Shown here: positions 50,173-60,523 of the stretch, piece by piece
How positions within the stretch are numbered: the stretch's first letter is position 1
How the letters are laid out: the number at the start of each line of letters is the position of its first letter
Assembly (NCBI GenBank): GCA_037190965.1
Contig: JBBCKI010000072.1
Span: 32,001-96,000, forward strand
Direction of reading: 5' to 3'
Length of the DNA: 64,000 bases
From: Chthoniobacteraceae bacterium
GTDB lineage: Bacteria; Verrucomicrobiota; Verrucomicrobiia; Chthoniobacterales; Chthoniobacteraceae
Position numbers and translations under genes: made by a program
Notes under the pieces: model-generated
Databases searched by the model: none
Told to the model about the DNA's origin: nothing
Seen by the model: only the letters and a program-made list of their open reading frames with translations

Positions 50173-51256
50173 GAGCATGAGTAAACAGAAAAAAATGCAT
50201 GCCGTCATCCGCGCGATGCATCCACGTAAGGTGTTCCGCATCAGCCGTGGCGCAAGGACGGAAATCACGAACGTTTTTGTTCGAATCACCGCGCGGGGTG
50301 TTTCCGGCTATGGCGAGGCCTCCCCAAGCCTCTTTTATGGAGAATCGGCGGCGGGCGTCCTCGCGCGTTTGGAGGCGGCCCGTCCTCTGGTTGAGGCGTT
50401 GGAGATCGAGACCCCTGGCGACATCGCCCTCGCGTGGTCGGACCTTTGGCCGGTGGTCTCCCCGTCGCGCGCGGCGCAATGCGCGCTCGATATCGCCCTC
50501 TGGGATTGGCTGGCTCGAAGCCGGGGGCAAACCGTGGCGGAACTCGCGCTCGGCAGGCTGCCCGGCCCCGTGAAGAGCTTTTGCACCATCGGGCTTTCCG
50601 ATTATGAGGAGTTGGACGAAAAAGTTCGGGAACTTCACGGCTTCCCCGCGATCAAAATCAAATCAGGCACGGAGGCGAGCCTTGATCCCATCCGGTTCGT
50701 TCGCGAGCGAGTAGGCCCGGGACCGGCGATTGCCGTCGACGCGAACTGCTCGTGGGCGGAGGCTGATATCCCGATGCTCTCCGGCGAGCTCTCCCGTCTC
50801 GGGGTGGTCTTTTTGGAGCAGCCGCTCCCACCGGAGCAAAATGGTCGGATGCCTGCGCTTGCAGCTGCTTCGCGCGTCCCCATCATGGCGGATGAAAGCT
50901 GTGTCCTTCAGGAGGATGTGGAGCAGATCAAGGGGGTGTTCGCCGGGTTCAATATCAAGCTCGTTAAATGCGGTGGGCTCACCCCGGCGTTGGCGATGTT
51001 GCGGCGAGGGCGCGAACTGGGCCTCCGTGTCATGGTCGGCTGCATGCTCGAAAGCAGCCTCTTGATTTCCGCCGGTGCCGTGATCGCTCAGGCGACTGAT
51101 TATGCCGACCTCGACGGCTCCTGGCTGCTGGCGGATGATCCCTTCGTTGTTCCCGGAACCGAGGCCGGATTGCCATTGAGCGCCGGGATTCTCTCTCCCG
51201 GGGCGGGAACGGGCTTCGGGGTCGAGCCGGTCGAGGGATTATTCCAGGAGTTTTAG
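50171..51256 (+). CDS. Dipeptide (L-Ala-D/L-Glu) epimerase, enolase superfamily; start may be 50171, 50177 or 50195
   Basis: FRISRG, KIK, DAN, EQP, ADES, NIKLVKCGG, GCMLES and DLDG motifs. Confidence 0.92.
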   Translation: MSMSKQKKMHAVIRAMHPRKVFRISRGARTEITNVFVRITARGVSGYGEASPSLFYGESAAGVLARLEAARPLVEALEIETPGDIALAWSDLWPVVSPSRAAQCALDIALWDWLARSRGQTVAELALGRLPGPVKSFCTIGLSDYEELDEKVRELHGFPAIKIKSGTEASLDPIRFVRERVGPGPAIAVDANCSWAEADIPMLSGELSRLGVVFLEQPLPPEQNGRMPALAAASRVPIMADESCVLQEDVEQIKGVFAGFNIKLVKCGGLTPALAMLRRGRELGLRVMVGCMLESSLLISAGAVIAQATDYADLDGSWLLADDPFVVPGTEAGLPLSAGILSPGAGTGFGVEPVEGLFQEF

Positions 51257-51265
51257 CTGGACGTT

Positions 51266-51598
51266 CTAAATCTCGGTGGGTTGGGCAGGCTGGGCGGCGG
51301 GAGCAGCTTTACGAAACCGGGAAGCCACCGCAAGGCAACCGCGCACGGCCGTTCCGGCCAAACCGCCGATACCGACAAAGCCGATCAAGTTAAGCGCCCA
51401 GGCCTGCTGGGTCACCGTCAGCGGAAGGCGCGTAAAATTTTCTTGAGCTCCCTTCTCTAGCAGCCTGATGCCGGCTGTTCCCGCAGCCACGAAAAGGATG
51501 GCGCAAACGAACAGAACCCAGCCCTTGCGACCCCGGCTTGCCAGGAAGGTCAGAACTGCTGCTGCGGCGACGATGAGGCCGATAAAAGTCAGGGTCAT
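51266..51598 (-). CDS. Hypothetical membrane protein
   Basis: About three hydrophobic segments; overlaps the upstream ORF. Confidence 0.6.
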   Translation of the reverse strand: MTLTFIGLIVAAAAVLTFLASRGRKGWVLFVCAILFVAAGTAGIRLLEKGAQENFTRLPLTVTQQAWALNLIGFVGIGGLAGTAVRGCLAVASRFRKAAPAAQPAQPTEI

Positions 51599-51822
51599 TT
51601 GGATTTCAGAAGGTTGACGAGCCCCTCGGCGAGGAACCCGATTCCGAGACCGATCAGTGCACCGAAAGGAACGGTGAAGAGGGAGAAAACGAAAAACTGG
51701 ACGATGATGCCGCCCGTTGTCGCCTGAACAGGAGCGCCTTTATAGGCGGTGATCAGACCGATGATGGTATAAGCCAATCCGGCCAGCGCCCCTACGATGG
51801 AGATTTGTTTTCTAAGAATCAT
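51595..51822 (-). CDS. Hypothetical membrane protein
   Basis: Two hydrophobic helices; start taken at MILRKQ. Confidence 0.55.
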   Translation of the reverse strand: MILRKQISIVGALAGLAYTIIGLITAYKGAPVQATTGGIIVQFFVFSLFTVPFGALIGLGIGFLAEGLVNLLKSK

Positions 51823-51906
51823 GAGCGTGAAGGCAATTCGCAAGAATGGCCCTGGCACCTGCCAAGATTCCAAAGTCGTGGGTAGGATACAATCGGAAAA
51901 TACGGG

Positions 51907-52992
51907 TTAAACCCTGGCAACCGTGTTGTTCTTGAAGAACGTCGGGACAGTCAGATTCGCCGGTCCTTGTTTGGAGGTGGGATGGGTCACCAGACGGCAG
52001 ATCTTGCGCGCATGCTCCCGAGGGTCGGTGTAATACCAGGCGGGCAATGGCCGGAGCCGATCCAGGAAGCTCTCCCACTGAAAGGAAATGAGGGAAACCT
52101 CCGTTGGAATTCGAATTCCCTTCTCCAAAAACCAGCTCATGGCCACCAGCGTGTCCATTGCGTGGGAGATCAGGATGGCTGTGGGATGCGGCCTCTGGGT
52201 GAACATGCGTTGCAGGCGCGAGCGAATTTGGTCCACCTGGCCGGAATGCTTGACCACCCGATGGGTCGCGGCGGCCGACCCGATTCCTTGAAAGGCTTCG
52301 ACAAACCCTGCTTCCTCCGCCGCTTCGCCAGCCGAGCCGAGGTTTCGCATCATGTAGACGATGTCGCGATGGCCGAGCCCCAGGAAAACACCGGCTGCGT
52401 GTCGGGTCACTGCCCGCAGGTCATCATTGACGAAGGAAAAGGTAATCTGGGGAAAGGTGTTTCCCATCATCACCAGTTTCAGCTTTCGATCTTGGAACCA
52501 GCGCTGGACGGCGGCGGAAGCCTTGGCCAGGATCCAATAATCCGCCTGGGCTTGCCGCACCAGTTTCTCCAGCACGGCTCCCGAGCCTCGCCCTCCCAAC
52601 CGCAGCTCTACCACCAACTCGAAATGAAAGCCGTGACGGTGGAATTCCTTTCGCATCTCATCGATCACGATCAGCGGCCATGAGGAGACGGAATCCGGGT
52701 TTTCTCCAAAAAGCAAAACCACCCGTTTCTCTTGCGATCTCGCAGCGGTTCCGGAGAAGCCGCCGATGATCTTGGCAGGATGTCCTCGGGTAATCCGCAG
52801 CAGACCCTCGTCCTGGAGAGCATGTAGAGCTCTCCGAAGGATCGGGCGGCTGACATCGAAGGACTTGCATAACACGCGTTCCGCGGGAAGTTGCATGGCC
52901 CAAAGCCCCGCGCGAATGGAATCGCGCAGACCCTCGGTGATTTGATCCACCAGGGTCGTTCGTTTGAAGTCAGGCTCGCCGGGATTCGTCAT
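51907..52992 (-). CDS. Transcriptional regulator, GntR helix-turn-helix fused to a LacI-type sensor domain
   Basis: LPAERVLCKSFDVSRPILRRAL helix-turn-helix; LGHRDI, PTAIL and GIRIPTEVSLI motifs. Confidence 0.88.
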   Translation of the reverse strand: MTNPGEPDFKRTTLVDQITEGLRDSIRAGLWAMQLPAERVLCKSFDVSRPILRRALHALQDEGLLRITRGHPAKIIGGFSGTAARSQEKRVVLLFGENPDSVSSWPLIVIDEMRKEFHRHGFHFELVVELRLGGRGSGAVLEKLVRQAQADYWILAKASAAVQRWFQDRKLKLVMMGNTFPQITFSFVNDDLRAVTRHAAGVFLGLGHRDIVYMMRNLGSAGEAAEEAGFVEAFQGIGSAAATHRVVKHSGQVDQIRSRLQRMFTQRPHPTAILISHAMDTLVAMSWFLEKGIRIPTEVSLISFQWESFLDRLRPLPAWYYTDPREHARKICRLVTHPTSKQGPANLTVPTFFKNNTVARV

Positions 52993-53083
52993 CTTCAAGG
53001 CGGCAATTAAGGTTATGGATTCGTGGTGGGCAATGGAATTTTCCACGGCTTTACGATGGATGCACGGAATGCGGCCGCTCTTA

Positions 53084-54577
53084 ATGGCTCAAAACACGAT
53101 GAAAACCACTGAAGATCATGATGGCGGTAACGCTTCCCTCCTGGCCGGTGTCGGCAAGAACGAGATCACGACCCGCAGGGCGGCCGCACTCATCCGCGAT
53201 CCGCTTTATGCCAAGGCTTTGGTGCTGGCCGATGGATCGAAGGAGATCGTCATCATCACGATGGACGTGGTCGCCATCGGGGGGATCTGCGATGTGAGCG
53301 ACGCCTTCCTGCCTTCATTGCGGCGGCGCATCGAGGCCGAACTGGGTATTCCCGGCAATCGTGTCATGGTGAACGCCTCTCACACGCATCCTCCCGGCGA
53401 AATTGTTTGTGGGGAAGAGGAATTGATTGAGCGGACTTTCGATGCCGTTCGGCAGGCGCGGGGAAGCCTTGTGCGGGTGGTGATCGGCGTCGGTTCCGGA
53501 TCCGAAAGCCGGATCAGCATGAACCGCAATCTGAGTCTCAAGGACGGCAGCCATTGGACGATTCGCCACGCCAATCCATGCCCGCCGGATGAGGTCATGG
53601 CCGACATCGGGCCGTCGGACCCGGAAGTCGGCGTCCTTCGGATCGACCGCGAGGATGGCGCCCCTTTTGCCGTGGTCTATAATTTCGCCTGTCATCCCTT
53701 GTTCGGGGATGCCATCGGGAGCGTGACGGCCAACTACCCCGGTGTCGCATCCCGGATCATTGAAGAGCATTGGGGTCACGAAACCATGGCCTTCTTCCTC
53801 CAAGGCGCCGCAGGGGATGTCATTGACGTGGAGTTCAAGGATTTCCACCGGGCGAGGGATGTCGAGCCGATGGGCATCCTGCTCGGGTTGGAGGTTCTCC
53901 GTGTGCTCAAGCGAGTTTCACCCGGGAGTTCCACCATGGAGATGATATCCGAGTCCCTCGAACTTCCCCGAAAGGATGATTTTTGCGACCGGATGGCCAG
54001 TCTCAGGAAGGAGAAGGAGGAACTTTTTGAGTCTCTCCGGTTCACCAGTCTGAATTTCGCGGATTTTCTGTCGCTCTATCATCAGCAAACCCTCAATGCC
54101 AATTTCCCTTCGGGGTACGCGTATCACTATCTTCGGGAGGCAAAGCAAGGGGACGAAAAGCGCGCGCAGATGGATCGCTTGAACCGCGCGAATATTGAGA
54201 AATACCTAAGTAACATCCAGGCGATGGAACGAATGGCAAGGATCTGCGACGATCTGGCGACCTTGCGGCGGCATCAGATCATCAATAAGGAAAGCGGAAG
54301 CCAAACCATTACGGCAGAGATTCAGGGAATCCGAATCGGGAGTGCCGTAATCCTGACTGCTCCGCTGGAGGTTTTAACGCAGGTGGCGCTCAACGTCAAA
54401 GCGGCGTCCCCTCACAGGTATACCTTCATCGCGGCCTTCTCCAATGGCTATATGCACTACGGCCCCCCGTCCACCGATTACGACAAGGGAGGTTACGAGG
54501 TGACCGAATGCTTTCTGGCGCCGGAATGGCAGGCGCTTTTCGAGTCCAAAGCGCAGGAAATTCTTCAGCGGTTGTAG
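53084..54577 (+). CDS. Neutral/alkaline ceramidase-like hydrolase
   Basis: DPLYAKAL, NASHTH, NFACHP, QGAAGD, NGYMHY and GGYE motifs. Confidence 0.75.
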   Translation: MAQNTMKTTEDHDGGNASLLAGVGKNEITTRRAAALIRDPLYAKALVLADGSKEIVIITMDVVAIGGICDVSDAFLPSLRRRIEAELGIPGNRVMVNASHTHPPGEIVCGEEELIERTFDAVRQARGSLVRVVIGVGSGSESRISMNRNLSLKDGSHWTIRHANPCPPDEVMADIGPSDPEVGVLRIDREDGAPFAVVYNFACHPLFGDAIGSVTANYPGVASRIIEEHWGHETMAFFLQGAAGDVIDVEFKDFHRARDVEPMGILLGLEVLRVLKRVSPGSSTMEMISESLELPRKDDFCDRMASLRKEKEELFESLRFTSLNFADFLSLYHQQTLNANFPSGYAYHYLREAKQGDEKRAQMDRLNRANIEKYLSNIQAMERMARICDDLATLRRHQIINKESGSQTITAEIQGIRIGSAVILTAPLEVLTQVALNVKAASPHRYTFIAAFSNGYMHYGPPSTDYDKGGYEVTECFLAPEWQALFESKAQEILQRL

Positions 54578-54595
54578 CCGCTTTGCCTGGGGCGT

Positions 54596-55039
54596 TCAGA
54601 CCGCGACGGAGGGAGGCGGCGCTTCATCGGTTTCCACTTCATCGGCTTCTTCTTCGCTGGCATCTGCCAGGGCGAGAGGGGAATCGTGGACCAAGCTGTC
54701 GAGCACCTGTTTCAACTCGATCAGCCGGATCGGTTTGGCAAGAAAGGCCACCGCGCCGGAGGCTGTTACGTAGGGGTGATCCGCCGTCAGCTTTCCTGAG
54801 AAAAGGATGATCTTGGTCTGCGGGAAACGGGAGAGAATGTGATGGCAGACCGTCAGGCCGTTGAGGCGCGGCATCATGATGTCCATGACGATGATGTCGG
54901 GCTGGAAACGATCGACGTTTTTCACGACATCGATGCCGCCCGACGTGACGGTTGCCACTACCTCTTCGTTGCAATGACGCACGTAAGAGGCAAGGGCGGA
55001 GGCCAGCTCCCTGTCATCATCGGCTATTAGAACACGCAC
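54596..55039 (-). CDS. Single-domain response regulator
   Basis: VLIADDD, DIIVMDIMMP and FLAKP motifs; acidic tail. Confidence 0.9.
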   Translation of the reverse strand: MRVLIADDDRELASALASYVRHCNEEVVATVTSGGIDVVKNVDRFQPDIIVMDIMMPRLNGLTVCHHILSRFPQTKIILFSGKLTADHPYVTASGAVAFLAKPIRLIELKQVLDSLVHDSPLALADASEEEADEVETDEAPPPSVAV

Positions 55040-55076
55040 GGAGGTACTCTGTAGAATTTTCCGTGCCAGATTGGCC

Positions 55077-55898
55077 TTATTCCTTCAACCCCGAGAGAGA
55101 CATGCCTCGGATGATCTGTTTTTGGAAGAGGAGGAAGATGATAATGACCGGGAGCGTGCAAAAGACGCTGACGGCAAAAGTGAGCCCGTAGTCCGACGCA
55201 TAGGAGGTCTGGAAAAGGGCAATCCCGACCGGGAGGGTATAGCGGTCGAGGGAATCGAGGAAGACCAGCGGCGCGAGAAAGTCGTTCCACGAGCCGATGA
55301 AAGTGAAGATGCCAAGGGTTGAAAGCGCCGGGCGCGCGAGAGGAAGTGCGATGGACCAGAAGATGCGAAGAGGGCCCGCGCCGTCCATTGCGGCGGATTC
55401 TTCGAGTTCTTTCGGGAGATCGACAAAGAACTGGTGGAGCAGGAAAACGCCAAAGGCCCCGGCTCCCGCAGGGACGATCAGCGCGAGCGGCGTGTCGAGC
55501 CACCCAAGCCAATTGAGGATCAGGTAGACGGGGACAAGCAGGATTTGCCCGGGCACCATCATCGTGGCGATCAGAAGGGGGAAGAACCATCGCTTGCCGG
55601 GCGGTTGTAGCCGCGCCAGCGCGTAGGCCGACAGCGACGAAACCGCAAGAACGAGAAAAGTCACCGAGCCGGAAATGAGAAAACTGTTAAAAAACCAACG
55701 GGCAATCGGGATCTCCTCCGCGTTGCCGAGCACCGTGCGAAAGTTATCGAGCGTCCATCGCTGCGGAAGGATGCTCTCGAAATGGATGATCTCGGATTCG
55801 GGCTTGAACGCGGTGAGAAAGATCAGCGCCACCGGGGCGAGAAAGAGCAGCGCAAGGAGCATGACGAAGAGTTCCAGCAGGCGGGATTTTCGTTTCAT
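55077..55898 (-). CDS. Carbohydrate ABC transporter permease
   Basis: ELEESAAMDGAG EAA loop; SWNDFLAP motif. Confidence 0.93.
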   Translation of the reverse strand: MKRKSRLLELFVMLLALLFLAPVALIFLTAFKPESEIIHFESILPQRWTLDNFRTVLGNAEEIPIARWFFNSFLISGSVTFLVLAVSSLSAYALARLQPPGKRWFFPLLIATMMVPGQILLVPVYLILNWLGWLDTPLALIVPAGAGAFGVFLLHQFFVDLPKELEESAAMDGAGPLRIFWSIALPLARPALSTLGIFTFIGSWNDFLAPLVFLDSLDRYTLPVGIALFQTSYASDYGLTFAVSVFCTLPVIIIFLLFQKQIIRGMSLSGLKE

Positions 55899-56761
55899 CG
55901 TTGTGACCTTCCTAGGCGGAATTGGATGGCGGCGAACACCGCGATGATGAGAAACAAAAGCCAGCTCATCGCCGCGCCATAGCCCATCCGGTAGTGGTTG
56001 AATGCGGTTTCGTAGATATATTGCACCAGCACCCGAGTGCTTAGTTCCGGGCCGCCGCGCGTGACCATGAAGGTCTGCCCGAAGACCTGGAACGCGCCAA
56101 TCAGGCCCGTGACGACAACAAACAGAAGCACCGGGCGCAGTAGCGGGAGGGTGATATAGCGGAACTGCGCCCAGCGTCCCGCCCCGTCGAGGGAAGCGGC
56201 CTCGTAGTAAGACTCCGGGATCTGCTGGAGACCCGCGAGTAGCACCAGCATGGAGCCGCCCACCGTCCACCAGAGCGTCATCAGGACAATGGAGGGCATT
56301 GCAAATCGAGGGTCGGAGATCCAGGGGATCGTGATGCCGATGCGCCCCAGCCACGCGTTGAAGAGGCCGAAGTCATTGCTGTAAAACCAGCGCCAGAGGA
56401 TGCCGACGACGCTCACGCTCATCATCGTCGGGAGCAGAAAGGCCGCGCGGTAGAACCCCTGCCTGCGCGGGATGTTATTGAGGCACACCGCGATGCCGAG
56501 CGCGAGCGCGAGGGTGCAAGGGACCGCCAGTACGGCGAAGTAGAGAGTCGCCCTCAGGGCGCGCCAGAAATACTCGTCATTCAGTGCTTCGGTGTAGTTG
56601 GCCAGCCCGGCGGGCGCGGGCGGCGCGGGCGAGAGCATCTCCCATCGGTAGAAGCTCAGGCCGAGGCCAAAGATCAACGGCAGAATCAGGAAGCCCACGA
56701 AAAGGATCAGGTGCGGGGCCAAAAAAAGGAGCGACGAGAAGCGGCGAGTGCGAGAAGTCAT
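55895..56761 (-). CDS. Carbohydrate ABC transporter permease
   Basis: YYEAASLDGAG EAA loop; TRGGP and GYGAA motifs. Confidence 0.93.
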   Translation of the reverse strand: MTSRTRRFSSLLFLAPHLILFVGFLILPLIFGLGLSFYRWEMLSPAPPAPAGLANYTEALNDEYFWRALRATLYFAVLAVPCTLALALGIAVCLNNIPRRQGFYRAAFLLPTMMSVSVVGILWRWFYSNDFGLFNAWLGRIGITIPWISDPRFAMPSIVLMTLWWTVGGSMLVLLAGLQQIPESYYEAASLDGAGRWAQFRYITLPLLRPVLLFVVVTGLIGAFQVFGQTFMVTRGGPELSTRVLVQYIYETAFNHYRMGYGAAMSWLLFLIIAVFAAIQFRLGRSQR

Positions 56762-58101
56762 GGCGCGGGGGAGCGGGCCGGGGCGGCGTTCTCCCGGCGA
56801 TCGCGCTCAATGGCTTTGTTGATGCGCCTTGTGGCGATTTCGAGCGCCTCTCGGGCCGGAAGCGTGCCGCGCAGGGCGCGCTCAACGGCAAGATCGAATT
56901 CGGTGAAAAATTCGAAGATGAACGGAACGCGCGGAGAGTATCGGACGTAAGGGATCTGCCGCGCGAACGCGCTCTGGATGCGCATGGCGGCAAACTCCGG
57001 AGTCTCGCGAAGGCTGATGCGGACGGGAATCTGCCCGGCGCGCGCCCATTGAAGGCTGTGGTCGGAGAGAAACGTGATGAAGCGCCACGCGGCTTCCCGT
57101 TTCCTGCCCGCAAGCCCGGGGCTCAGGCAAAGCCCGTGGGAGTCGGCCCAGGTGGCAGCTTGTTTTCCCAGCACCGGGAGGGGTGCGCCGCCGAAGTCGA
57201 GCTCCGGCTGTTTCTCAAGATCGGAGAGGAGGAAGAGCCCCTCGAAAGTCAGGGCGACGCGCCCCTGCCGGAAACCGATCCAGGCGTTGAAGTTCTCCGG
57301 TCGGGGGGTAAGCCCTTCGCGGATGAGCCCGGCGCAGAACTCCAGCGCGGCAATGTTGGGCTCGGAGTCGAGCAGGCAGCGCTGCCCGTCCTCGCTGACC
57401 AGTCGCCCGCCGAATTGGGCCATGATCGCCATGAGGTTCGTGCGGAACGTGGTGAAGACGAACCCCCACACTGGCGCGCCGTCGGCGTTGCGGTTTCTGA
57501 AGTGTCGGAGCACGGCGAGAAATTCCTCCCGGTTCGTCGGCGGTTGCGTGAAGCCGCCTTCGCGCAACAGCCGTTCGTTGGTGAACATCCCCAGAGGGTG
57601 AATGTCGAGGGGGACGGCCATCTGGACGTGGTTGATTTCCATGGCTCGCCAGACGTTGGGGTCGAAATCATTCACCGGTAGGGGCGGCAGGGGGGCGGGC
57701 CCGGCAATCAGGGGGCCGAGCGGTTCAAGCAGGTTGGCGCGCGCGAATCGCGGGAGGCTGCTGGCGTGAACCACGAAGACCTCCGGGGCGCGTCCGCCGA
57801 GGCTGGCGACGAAAAGTTTGTTGTAGTAGGTGCCCCAGTCCATGCGCTGCATGAGCACCCGGATATCGGGATTCTGCTGGTTGAACTCGCGGATGATCTT
57901 CAGCATCGTCCGTCCGTCGGGCCCGGTGAATCCGTTCCAGAAGCGAAGCGTGACAGCCTCGGAAGCGGTGGTTCCGGGCCGTTGGAGAAGGAAAAATCCT
58001 CCCGCGAGCAGGGCGAGCAACAGGATGACGCGCAGGAGTCTCATTCGGAACTCACTTCGCGGCGGGCCTTGCGTTTGCGGGCGCTCGTGCGACGTTTTCA
58101 T
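56758..58101 (-). CDS. Sugar ABC transporter substrate-binding protein (start may be 58044)
   Basis: Hydrophobic N-terminus; FWNGFTGPDG, FNQQNPDI and AVPLDIHP motifs. Confidence 0.9.
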   Translation of the reverse strand: MKTSHERPQTQGPPRSEFRMRLLRVILLLALLAGGFFLLQRPGTTASEAVTLRFWNGFTGPDGRTMLKIIREFNQQNPDIRVLMQRMDWGTYYNKLFVASLGGRAPEVFVVHASSLPRFARANLLEPLGPLIAGPAPLPPLPVNDFDPNVWRAMEINHVQMAVPLDIHPLGMFTNERLLREGGFTQPPTNREEFLAVLRHFRNRNADGAPVWGFVFTTFRTNLMAIMAQFGGRLVSEDGQRCLLDSEPNIAALEFCAGLIREGLTPRPENFNAWIGFRQGRVALTFEGLFLLSDLEKQPELDFGGAPLPVLGKQAATWADSHGLCLSPGLAGRKREAAWRFITFLSDHSLQWARAGQIPVRISLRETPEFAAMRIQSAFARQIPYVRYSPRVPFIFEFFTEFDLAVERALRGTLPAREALEIATRRINKAIERDRRENAAPARSPAP

Positions 58102-58143
58102 GGGCTCGGGGAGGCCCGGGTGTCGCCATCAGACAAAGATCCA

Positions 58144-59184
58144 ATGACGAAGAAGCAATTCCATCACCGGTTCCTGCTCCGCCTGCTGGCGGCGACGCTT
58201 GCTATCGCCGTGCCGATACCGTTGGTCTTTGCCGACCGGGCCGGTGCGCCGGACGCCATGTTTTGGGTGCAGAACCCGGTTTTTCCGGCTCCTTCACAGG
58301 ACCCGTGGGTGGTGCAGGGAAATGGCCGCTTCTACGAAGTGCGTTCCGACGGATTGCGGATTCTGGTGCGCACCTCGGATCGATTCCGCGATCTGATGGG
58401 GCAGCTTTCCCACGAGGTTTGGAGGGCTCCCGCTCTTGGGCCGAACTCGCAGAACGTCTGGGCTCCCGAGATGCATTGGTTGCAGGGGAAATGGTGGATC
58501 TTTTATGCGGCGGATGACGGACACAACGCGAACCATCGGGTCTTCGTGATGGAATCCAAAACGGCGGATCCCGCCGACGGTTTCGTGGATCGCGGGCGTT
58601 GGGAGACACAAGGCTGGGCCATCGACCCTACGGTTTTCGCCGGAGAGGACGGGGCGCTCTACGCGCTTTGGTCGGGCTGGCCGGGCAACGCCGATGGCCA
58701 GCAGAATCTTTATATCTCCCGGATGCGCGACCCCGCGACCTTGATGGGAGAGCGGGTGCGGATCGCCGCTCCGACGTTGATGTGGGAGCGGATGTCGCTG
58801 CCGGTCTGCGAGGGGCCGCAGGTGTTGAAGCGGGGCGGCCTGACCTTTGTGGTCTACTCCGCGAGCGGCTCGTGGACGAAGGATTATTGCCTGGGAATGC
58901 TGGTCAATCGCCAGGGCGATTACATGAACCCGGACGCCTGGGAAAAACTCCCCATCCCGGTGCTGACCTCCACGGACGCCGTCTGGGGCGTGGGGCATTG
59001 CGCCTTCCTGAGTTCAAAGGAAACCGGCGATCTCATCTTCTACCATGCCAAAACCCGGCAGGCGGCGGGTTGGGAAGACCGCAATGTCCGGGTGCAGCCG
59101 TTCAGCTGGCGCGAGGATGGTTTTCCCAGCTTCGGGAAGCCGGTGAACCCGGGGCTGCCGGTGGCAATTGTTCCGGGGGGATAG
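58144..59184 (+). CDS. Glycoside hydrolase family 43 protein
   Basis: DPWV, WAPE, AIDP, EGP, YSASGSW and GHC motifs; signal peptide. Confidence 0.92.
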   Translation: MTKKQFHHRFLLRLLAATLAIAVPIPLVFADRAGAPDAMFWVQNPVFPAPSQDPWVVQGNGRFYEVRSDGLRILVRTSDRFRDLMGQLSHEVWRAPALGPNSQNVWAPEMHWLQGKWWIFYAADDGHNANHRVFVMESKTADPADGFVDRGRWETQGWAIDPTVFAGEDGALYALWSGWPGNADGQQNLYISRMRDPATLMGERVRIAAPTLMWERMSLPVCEGPQVLKRGGLTFVVYSASGSWTKDYCLGMLVNRQGDYMNPDAWEKLPIPVLTSTDAVWGVGHCAFLSSKETGDLIFYHAKTRQAAGWEDRNVRVQPFSWREDGFPSFGKPVNPGLPVAIVPGG

Positions 59185-59207
59185 AGCGCCTCTCCAAAAC
59201 TCGATAA

Positions 59208-60404
59208 TTATTTCATCATTTGATTTCCGTTTGCATCCACGAGGATCGGCTCGTAAGGCCACTTTGACTTATCCTGGTAGATTAATTCCTTCGTCTTCAC
59301 ATTGAGGTAAACTGATGTGAAGCGGGGCTCCCCCTTGGCGTCGATGATCAAGTATCCCCAATGGCCGAGTTCATTATCTTTAGGTTCCGAACCAGTGATC
59401 TTTGTCAAAATTTCTATGAGTTCCGGCGTGTCCCAATGAAGTCGGTCGCCCTGCGTTCGGAGTCGAATGCCAGTCGCTTCTCCATCCTCAAACCGTTTGG
59501 AGACAAAAGGATGTTCGAAGGCGGTCTTGAGTGCGCCAAGGATATCGGCGGGCGTCATTGAAACCTCGAGGCGCTTGCCTTCAATAACGGGAAAAACGAC
59601 GTTTACTGTCGCGGTGTGAAGCAATTTCCTTTTTGGCGTTAAGTCGGCTTTCCATGTTTCGCCTTTCAGAGAGCAACTTGAGTACGTCCAACGCATGGCA
59701 CCGATACCGGATACCTCAAAGTGCTTCTTGAAAGTGTTTTTGAACGAACTTTTATTGAAAAGTTCAACGCCCTTTTCGTTCGCTTTAGCCTCTTCCTCAG
59801 CCCAAACCTCACGTGCGCTCCTGGCTCCTTCATCCTCGCGGCTGGAGATGATATTTCCCGTCGTGTAGTCAAAACTATAGGCGGTCTTATCAATCATGAC
59901 CAAATGAAACGCTTCTCCACTGAAACCGGTTGGTTCTGACTGAATTCTAGGACGCCAATCGTAATGGCTTGTGGAATCTTCGAGAAGGGCGGGCTTTTTG
60001 ATGAGTTCCCGTACTTCGTACTCCTTCAGTAGTTTTCCCCGATCGTAGAACGCAATCGCCAAATCTGTGTGCTTTTCCTGATCGCTTGCTCAGGGGCCAA
60101 ACCGGACAAAATATTTTCCATCCTCCGAGAGGTAACCTTCAAAGGTATACCATCCGTTCGTTCGCCACAGTTCATGGAACTCTCCGTCTTCGGTAATCTG
60201 ATAGGCGACGCCAAAGGCGTCGCGTTCGGTAACGAAATTTTCGCCTTCTTCCCGCCACTTAGGGGGAACCATCTTGAACAGGAAATTACCGCGCTCAGTG
60301 GTTTTCACCCACGGAACAGGCATTGCAGGACTGTCTGCAATGGCATCGATTTGGGTGATCGTCCAAGCAACAGCAATGAATGCGATGAGGGGAAGGCTCT
60401 TCAT
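59208..60404 (-). pseudogene. Exported hypothetical protein gene interrupted by an in-frame TGA at 60090-60092
   Basis: ORFs 60090-60404 and 59208-60062 share a frame; the junction reads VRFGP*ASDQEKHTDLAIAFY. Confidence 0.75.
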
Positions 60405-60523
60405 TCTTTCTACAACGTGCCGTAGGCGGAACGTAGAAGAAAGACTGCGGAAATGAAAGCCTATAGGGGGGCGTCTCCTGGACTGGAGGGGCGGTGTGGT
60501 GGTTGGGACTCTGGGCCGCCGCG

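Noticed and set aside
55077..58101. Sugar ABC cluster lacking an ATPase gene
   Set aside because: This is common for carbohydrate ABC systems that share an MsmK/MsiK-type ATPase.
60090..60092. Selenocysteine codon
   Set aside because: The context suggests Trp rather than a redox Cys, and no convincing SECIS hairpin follows.
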